64,000 nucleotides of DNA from Firmicutes bacterium UBA3570 (lineage in GTDB: Bacteria; Bacillota; Sulfobacillia; UBA3561), in assembly GCA_002376005.1 (NCBI GenBank), contig DFNJ01000013.1, positions 16,055-80,054 on the forward strand. The letters run 5' to 3'. Below, piece after piece: positions 57,914 to 64,000 of the stretch (its first letter is position 1; each line of letters begins with the position of its first letter). The position numbers and the translations under genes were made by a program. Below the pieces are notes generated by a model, which was not told the DNA's origin, searched no databases, and worked only from the letters and a program-made list of their open reading frames with translations.

Positions 57914-59202
57914 ATCCGCTTGTGTTCCTCATAGGTGGGTTTTTCATGCTGTGCGTTCTGCGAGTTCCCGTGGCCTTCTCGCTGGCTGCCTCGGCCATGG
58001 GAACCATGTTGTTGCTCGACATACCGCTCACCACCCTGGTGAACCAGATGTACCGGGGGCTGAACCTGTTCCCGCTGCTGGCGGTACCGTTCTTCTTGCT
58101 GGTAGGCTACCTCATGAACGAGTCGAAGATAACCGAAAGATTGGTGGAGTTCTCTCGGACGCTGGTGGGTCACGTGCGAGGAGGCCTCGCTCACGTCAAC
58201 GTAGTGGTGAGCATGATCTTCGCCGGGATCTCGGGGTCTTCGGCTGCCGATACTGCCGGGGTGGGGTCAATCCTAATTCCTGCCATGGTAAAAGAGGGAT
58301 ACGACCGGCGGTTCTCGGTGGCAATCACTGCTGCATCATCCACGATGGGGGTCATTATACCGCCCAGCATCTACATGGTGGTCTACGGAGCCATGGGGGG
58401 AGTTTCTATTGCCGCCCTCTTTCTGGGCGGGGCCATTCCGGGTTTCTTGATTGGGTTAAGTCAGATACTCCTGTCTTATTATCTGGCCATCAAGCGTAAC
58501 TATCCTGCAGGTCCCCGTGCCTCCTTCTCGGAGGTGTGGCGGGCCTTCCGGAGCGCTTTCTGGCCCATGTGCATGCCGGTGATCATCGTAGGGGGAGTCA
58601 TCAGCGGTCTATTCACGGCCACCGAGGCGGCGGTTGTGGCAGTGGTCTACGGACTGTTCATCATGCTGGTGGTGTACCGCAGTCTGAAATGGCGGGATCT
58701 GCCCCAGGTGTTCGTATCGGCTGCGGCCTTTTACGCCAGCGTCCTATTCGCCATTGCCAGTGCGAGTCTCTTCGGCTGGGTGGTCGCGTACCTACGGGGT
58801 CCGGAGATACTGGCTGGAGTGCTTCAGCAGTTCACCACCAGTCCTACCGTAACGCTGCTCCTGATAGCAGGGATCCTGGTGATGGTAGGTACTTTCATGA
58901 GCCCGGTGGCGGCCATCATGATCTTTCTGCCCATTGTGCAGAGGATCGGCGAGGTGGTGGGGCTACATCCCGTCCATCTAGGCGTGGTAGTGGTCGTAAC
59001 CCTGGCCATGGGACTGATCACCCCTCCGTATGGTTTGTGCCTCTTGCTGGCTTCCGGAATCGGTCGGGTGAGCATTCCCGAGGCCATGCGCGAGTTGTTG
59101 CCGCTGCTGCTTGCTTTCATGGGAATCATCGTCCTGATAATCTGCGTTCCCGAGGTCGTGCTGTTTCTCCCGCGATTGCTGCTGCCTACGATAATGGGCT
59201 AG
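57910..59202 (+). CDS. dctM: TRAP transporter large permease
   Basis: LLAVPFF, GISGSSAAD, IIPPSI, TATEAA, ITPPYG. Confidence 0.95.
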   Translation: MNPLVFLIGGFFMLCVLRVPVAFSLAASAMGTMLLLDIPLTTLVNQMYRGLNLFPLLAVPFFLLVGYLMNESKITERLVEFSRTLVGHVRGGLAHVNVVVSMIFAGISGSSAADTAGVGSILIPAMVKEGYDRRFSVAITAASSTMGVIIPPSIYMVVYGAMGGVSIAALFLGGAIPGFLIGLSQILLSYYLAIKRNYPAGPRASFSEVWRAFRSAFWPMCMPVIIVGGVISGLFTATEAAVVAVVYGLFIMLVVYRSLKWRDLPQVFVSAAAFYASVLFAIASASLFGWVVAYLRGPEILAGVLQQFTTSPTVTLLLIAGILVMVGTFMSPVAAIMIFLPIVQRIGEVVGLHPVHLGVVVVVTLAMGLITPPYGLCLLLASGIGRVSIPEAMRELLPLLLAFMGIIVLIICVPEVVLFLPRLLLPTIMG

Positions 59203-59407
59203 GAGGGCGGCGGTTTGGCATAGCTGTGCGTCGGGCTCGCCCGTCTCGGTGGATGTGCGTGTCGGGAATACGTTTCGCGAGAGACTGACGTGGGCTGATG
59301 CCTGTCCACTTGCTCTGGGCTCACCTTTGAGATGCCTTTCCCAACCGTTATAATGTTCGGGGAAATGGAATCGTCCTAGCGCGGACTGACAGGGAGGTGA
59401 GGCCAGG

Positions 59408-60115
59408 GTGAAGATTCGTGCGCTGGGGCAGGCAATGACGATGATGCTGCTGGTGCTGGTGGCCTGCACCCCCGGGCCTGAAGGGGTGGCACCGCCGCTG
59501 ACTCGGCTGGAGAATACTGCAGTGGAAATACTCCTGCCGGAGCCGCGGGGACCGAAAGTCACATTGCAGGAAGTACTGCAGCGACGGCGATCGGTGCGCC
59601 AGTATTCAGCCGATCCCCTGACCCTCGAAGAACTGGGGCTGCTGCTCTGGGCGTGCCAGGGGATCACAGATCCGCGGGGATTCCGGACTGCACCGTCCGC
59701 GGGGGCCCTCTACCCGCTGGAAGTCTATCTGGTAGCGGGCCGGGTCCGCGAGTTGGAACCAGGAGTGTACCATTACGTACCCGAGGGTCATTCTCTCCGC
59801 CTGGTTGCCAAGGGAGATGTCAGAGATGAATTATGCAGAGCGGCACTGGGGCAAAAGTGGGTGGCTGGGGGCGCTGTTGTGGTTATGATTGCCTGCGAGT
59901 ATCAGCGAACCACGGCTCGGTACGGCGAGCGCGGTATCAGATATGTGCACATGGAGGCCGGGCACGCAGCGCAAAATCTGCTGTTACAGGCGGTGGCCTT
60001 GGGCTTGGGCGCGGTTCCGGTGGGCGCCTTCGACGATCAGCGGACCAAAGAAGTCGTGGGATTGCCCGAGGAGCAGGAGGTGCTCTATCTGATCCCGGTG
60101 GGTAGGATCCCTTAG
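59408..60115 (+). CDS. SagB/ThcOx-type nitroreductase-family protein with lipoprotein signal
   Basis: LVAC lipobox, RRSVRQY, RTAPSAGALYPLE, YGERG, EAGHAAQN. Confidence 0.9.
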   Translation: MKIRALGQAMTMMLLVLVACTPGPEGVAPPLTRLENTAVEILLPEPRGPKVTLQEVLQRRRSVRQYSADPLTLEELGLLLWACQGITDPRGFRTAPSAGALYPLEVYLVAGRVRELEPGVYHYVPEGHSLRLVAKGDVRDELCRAALGQKWVAGGAVVVMIACEYQRTTARYGERGIRYVHMEAGHAAQNLLLQAVALGLGAVPVGAFDDQRTKEVVGLPEEQEVLYLIPVGRIP

Positions 60116-60705
60116 CACTGACCGGGGGCGAAAGGCTGGATAGATTCTCGGAGCGGCTGCTCCCCGTGGTGGCTGACACCATCGCCGCATATGGCCAAGG
60201 GCGTCTGTTCCTCAGGGAGTTCGCGCGGTGTGGGAGCTAGCAAGGCTTGGGTGTCGTGAGATGTCGAGCTGCTGGTCCGATATCCCTGACCTTGGCAGGG
60301 AAGTGACTGCCGGGCACGTCACACGTGGGCCGTGAGTGGTTCTGGTCACGGACAGCTGGCGTGGTGGGAGTGCATCGGTGTGGATGAGGACGCATTGGCT
60401 GTAGTCGCGCCGGCCACGGTGTTCACGCCAAAGCTTTCAAAGCCCCAGGAAGCGCAGGGCTGCACCAGGGTACAGCATTTCGGCATGGGTAGGAAACCGT
60501 GAGGACCGGTCTTTCTGGTGGCCATGCTGAGGGTGTTGTCTTGCACCCCCTGGGTGTAATTGGTTGAACTGCGGGGAGGGATGTACTGCTGCAACTTCGC
60601 CGAGAGCAAGGGTTTGCCTCGTGGGCCTACCTCAGGTGATGGTGGAAGTTGCCTTGAGCCCAGCGGCGGCGATGGCGCGAGGATTTCACATTGGGGGCCT
60701 AATCG

Positions 60706-61677
60706 ATGGGATTAGTGGACCTGCACGTCCATAGTACCTTCAGTGGAGACGCCGAGCATACCTGGCAGGAAGTGATTGATCTGGCGGTGAGGGCGGGAGT
60801 GACCCTGCTGTCGCTGCCAGAGCACGATGACCTGCGATCGGCCCGGCTTGCTGGCAGCTGCGCCGATCTCCCCGTGACCCTCCTTCCCGGCGTGGAGGTC
60901 AGCACGCGCGCCCATGGGGAGGAGATCCACGTGCTCGGTTATGGGATCGACCCGCATCATGGGCCACTGGTACGACTGCTGGAGGATATTCGTGCTCGTC
61001 AAGAACAACAGGCCATGGGCAGAGTTTGTTGTCTCAGAAGTCTTGGGTTCCGGGTGGATCCGCAAGTGCTTCGGCGCAGCGCGTACGGTTGCCCGCCCCG
61101 AAGTGTCAGTATCCTGAAAGCACTGGTGCGGTGCAATCCCCACGATGGGCGACTACAGCCATACTACGCGGACGGCCACTTCCGGTGGCGTCAGTTCTGG
61201 AGGGATTTCCTGGCACCCGGCAGACCGTGCTGGGTGCCGCTGGAGCTGCCATCCCCGGCACAGGCCGTGCAGCGGATTCGCGATGCCGGAGGAAGAGCGG
61301 TGCTCGCGCACCCGGGCGCCTACCGCTCGATGATGGGTCCGGAAGGGTTGGCCAGTTTGCTGAGAGAGCTGGTGCGAGCGGGCCTGGACGGTCTGGAAGC
61401 ATTCAGCACCTATCACCGGCCCGGTGAGCAGCGGAGGTTCGCGCGGCTGGCCCGACGATGGGGACTGGTGTGCACTGCTGGTTCCGACTTTCACGGCCAC
61501 CGCATCAAGCCGGGCGTTGGCGTGGGCCAGGACCTGGGCATTCCCACTGAGGTACGGGAGGAGCTGCAGGAGTGGGCAATGGCGATTGTGGGCGGGCGGG
61601 CTACCAGACAGGCACCCGTCCCATCGTGTTATTGGGACCGTCGGTGTCGCAGCTACCTCGAGGATCGAAGGAGCTGA
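60706..61677 (+). CDS. PHP domain phosphoesterase
   Basis: DLHVHSTFS, PGVEVS, IHVLGY, LAHPG, GSDFHG. Confidence 0.9.
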   Translation: MGLVDLHVHSTFSGDAEHTWQEVIDLAVRAGVTLLSLPEHDDLRSARLAGSCADLPVTLLPGVEVSTRAHGEEIHVLGYGIDPHHGPLVRLLEDIRARQEQQAMGRVCCLRSLGFRVDPQVLRRSAYGCPPRSVSILKALVRCNPHDGRLQPYYADGHFRWRQFWRDFLAPGRPCWVPLELPSPAQAVQRIRDAGGRAVLAHPGAYRSMMGPEGLASLLRELVRAGLDGLEAFSTYHRPGEQRRFARLARRWGLVCTAGSDFHGHRIKPGVGVGQDLGIPTEVREELQEWAMAIVGGRATRQAPVPSCYWDRRCRSYLEDRRS

Positions 61678-61682
61678 TAGGG

Positions 61683-62639
61683 TTGCTGACAGCGGCCGAC
61701 GTGGTGCGGGCCAGGCTTCGGATAAGCCGGCACCTGCAGGCCTCGCCTTTGAAACCATCCTTCTGGCTTCCTCATCGGGTATACCTGAAGCTGGACTGCG
61801 TGCAGCCCACCGGTTCGTTCAAAGTGCGGGGAGCCTTCAACAAGCTATACGCGCTGCTCGAGGAGAGAGCTCAGATCGGGCGGGTGGTGACCGCATCCAG
61901 CGGCAACCACGGGCAGGCGGTGGCACTGGCGGCGCAGCAGCTGGGGCTGCGGGCCACGGTGGTGGTTCCGGATACCATACCCAGGACTAAGGCGGCCGCC
62001 ATACGTCGCCTGGGGGCGGAGCTGGTTGTACACGGACCTACTTACGATGCAGCGGAAGATCACGCATTGCAGATGGCCTCGCAGTCCGGTGCCACTTACG
62101 TCAGCGCTTACGATGATCTCCATATTATGGCCGGCCAGGGTACCTGTGCCTGGGAGATCCTGGAGGCGATGCCGGAGGTGGATCTCCTGCTGGTGCCCGT
62201 GGGGGGCGGTGGACTGCTCGCGGGTGTGGCGGTTGCGGCGAAGAGCATCAAGCCGACGCTTCGCGTCGTCGGGGTACAGCCGGAGGCATCGCCTTCGATG
62301 GCCGAGTCCTATCGGGTGGGTCGCCTGGTACAGGTGGACTATCGACCCACGGTAGCCGATGCCGTGGTGGGCAACATTTCCTCACGCACGCTGGAGATCG
62401 CTCAGCGCTGGGTGGACGACGTGGTGACGGTACCTGAAGAGGCCATCTTTCGCGCAATCAAGCTGCACGCCCTGCGGGATCACGTGATGGTGGAAGGGGC
62501 GGGAGCCCTTCCCCTGGCAGCCCTGCTGGAGGGGAAAGTGCGGGTTGAGGCGCGGGAGACGGTCGTCCTGATCCTCTCGGGAGCCAACATCGACCCCGCG
62601 ACCTTTCGCGAAGTACTCGATCGGTCGGATGATACCTGA
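61683..62639 (+). CDS. PLP-dependent threonine/serine dehydratase (catalytic domain only)
   Basis: TGSFKVRGA, ASSGNHGQA, AGQGT, VPVGGGGL, LSGANID; no ACT domain. Confidence 0.9.
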   Translation: MLTAADVVRARLRISRHLQASPLKPSFWLPHRVYLKLDCVQPTGSFKVRGAFNKLYALLEERAQIGRVVTASSGNHGQAVALAAQQLGLRATVVVPDTIPRTKAAAIRRLGAELVVHGPTYDAAEDHALQMASQSGATYVSAYDDLHIMAGQGTCAWEILEAMPEVDLLLVPVGGGGLLAGVAVAAKSIKPTLRVVGVQPEASPSMAESYRVGRLVQVDYRPTVADAVVGNISSRTLEIAQRWVDDVVTVPEEAIFRAIKLHALRDHVMVEGAGALPLAALLEGKVRVEARETVVLILSGANIDPATFREVLDRSDDT

Positions 62640-62716
62640 AACCGGACGCTGGCGCCAGAGCGGTATGTTCTTGTCCCGGATGGCGCATCCTACCCACTGA
62701 TCATCGAAGGCGGGGG

Positions 62717-63748
62717 ATGCGCATCTTGACCCTTGATCGGTTTGCTCCCCAGCTGGGACAGGTCCGCCGACGTATCCGGGAGGTTCTCCGTCTGCCAGGC
62801 GCACTGACCGATGTGGGTGATCACCTCGCCCGCGCGCCTGGCAAGCTGCTGCGCCCTGCTCTGCTGCTGAGCGCCGAAGTGGTGGGTGCGATTGACCGAA
62901 GGGTGATTGAGGCCGCGGTTGCGATGGAGCTGGTGCACGTTGCTTCCCTGGTCCATGACGACCTGGTAGACCAAGCCGACGAGCGACGGGGCCTCCCCTC
63001 CGTGCGGGCTGCCTGGGGCGATGGGGTGGCAGTTCTGACCGGTGACTATCTGCTGGCACTAGCCTGCCGATTGCTGGCCAGAGTTGGTAGTGCCGAGGTG
63101 GTGACTGAGGCCGCCACTGCCATGATGGCCATGAGCCAGGCTGAACTCGGTTATCAGTACCGTCTACATGACCTAACTGTGACCGCTGAGCAGTATCTCG
63201 GGTACGTACGGGGGAAAACCGCTTCCCTGATGGAGGCCAGCTGCCGCATCGGAGCCATGCTCGCTGATGATCGAGGCCGGGCGGCGGACTGCCTGGGACG
63301 CTTCGGCAGCTCATTGGGTATCGCCTATCAGCTGGTTGACGATCTTGCTGACCTGACGGGGCTTTGCGACGGGAAGGCAGCCTGGTCGGACCTGCTGTCC
63401 GGCACGCTGACGCTACCGCTGATTTGCCTGGCTACCCACCAGGGGTGGCGTGATCGTCTGGAGCGGATCCTGGCCGAAAGAACGCTCTCCGCGGCTACCC
63501 GGGAGGAAATCGAGCATGCGCTGCGCCAAAATGGCTGTCTGCAGGGTACCAAACGCCTTGCCTTGGAGCACCTCGGACAGGCCGTGGATGCTCTCCATGC
63601 CCTGCCGGCATCTCCCGCCCGACGGGGGCTTTCAGCCATTGTGAGCTGGACGCACGCCCGGCTCAATCGGGTAGTCCCAGATGCCAGTCCGGCGGAGGAA
63701 CGTACACCCCCGGTGAAAGATCCGGCACCTGATGCCACAGTGCCTTAG
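62717..63748 (+). CDS. Polyprenyl diphosphate synthase
   Basis: GKLLRP, HDDLVD...RRG, GDYLL, KTASL, YQLVDDLAD. Confidence 0.93.
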   Translation: MRILTLDRFAPQLGQVRRRIREVLRLPGALTDVGDHLARAPGKLLRPALLLSAEVVGAIDRRVIEAAVAMELVHVASLVHDDLVDQADERRGLPSVRAAWGDGVAVLTGDYLLALACRLLARVGSAEVVTEAATAMMAMSQAELGYQYRLHDLTVTAEQYLGYVRGKTASLMEASCRIGAMLADDRGRAADCLGRFGSSLGIAYQLVDDLADLTGLCDGKAAWSDLLSGTLTLPLICLATHQGWRDRLERILAERTLSAATREEIEHALRQNGCLQGTKRLALEHLGQAVDALHALPASPARRGLSAIVSWTHARLNRVVPDASPAEERTPPVKDPAPDATVP

Positions 63749-64000
63749 GATCAACTCCCTCGCCGTGGCTATCTCGCCTGCTTGGGCTTTCGGATCGGAC
63801 AGATACAGCCCAATCAGTCCACGCAGCACCATCAAATGCAGGGCAGCCGCCGGGGTGCTGCGAAGGGAGTGCTCGCTCCGGCGGTACAGTTCCACCAGCC
63901 GCAACGCCGCGTGTTGTATCGATGGGTACTGCCGGGTGAAGTTTAGATCCCCGCTCTGGTGGTCCTCGTGTCGGTCGATGAGGTAGTCCAGGATGATGTG
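63632..64000 (-). CDS. C-terminus of a YtpB/DUF2600-like terpene cyclase (tetraprenyl-beta-curcumene synthase family), partial
   Basis: HIILDYLIDRHEDHQSGDLNF...GLIGLYLSDPK, read from the window end. Confidence 0.75.
   Translation of the reverse strand, partial: HIILDYLIDRHEDHQSGDLNFTRQYPSIQHAALRLVELYRRSEHSLRSTPAAALHLMVLRGLIGLYLSDPKAQAGEIATARELILRHCGIRCRIFHRGCTFLRRTGIWDYPIEPGVRPAHNG

Noticed and set aside
60251-60264. GTGTCGTGAGATGT matches a conserved 16S rRNA stretch
   Set aside because: Only 14 nt; the flanks do not continue the rRNA sequence.
1-64000. CRISPR arrays, tandem repeat arrays, prophage or integrase genes
   Set aside because: None seen on manual reading; a dedicated repeat search was not run.

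Overview
High-GC chromosomal window, inferred to come from a thermophile-like anaerobic Bacillota (T-box-controlled alaS, IreB, RuvX, DUF1292, MltG, SCIFF ranthipeptide, sigma-H-like and sigma-54 promoters, bifunctional FBP aldolase/phosphatase). It is mostly intact metabolic and transport genes: FeoAB, TctABC plus GGT, hutI-ftcD-cyclodeaminase, and a sigma-54-controlled DapA-like/CoA-disulfide reductase/TRAP cluster. There are two clearly decayed loci, an MNT-HEPN toxin-antitoxin pair and phoP/phoU. No rRNA, tRNA, CRISPR array or intact mobile element was recognised. The standout is at 28985-34141. A near-consensus sigma-A promoter precedes a ~300-nt highly structured leader whose closing helix is mutually exclusive with a hairpin that sequesters the RBS, making it a candidate unrecognised riboswitch. 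The leader sits in front of a translationally coupled operon: cytoplasmic [NiFe]-hydrogenase (small and large), MetV, a MetF fused to a pseudo-receiver domain, and a maturation protease, a possible H2-driven methylene-THF reductase. All calls come from manual motif recognition; no database searches were run.
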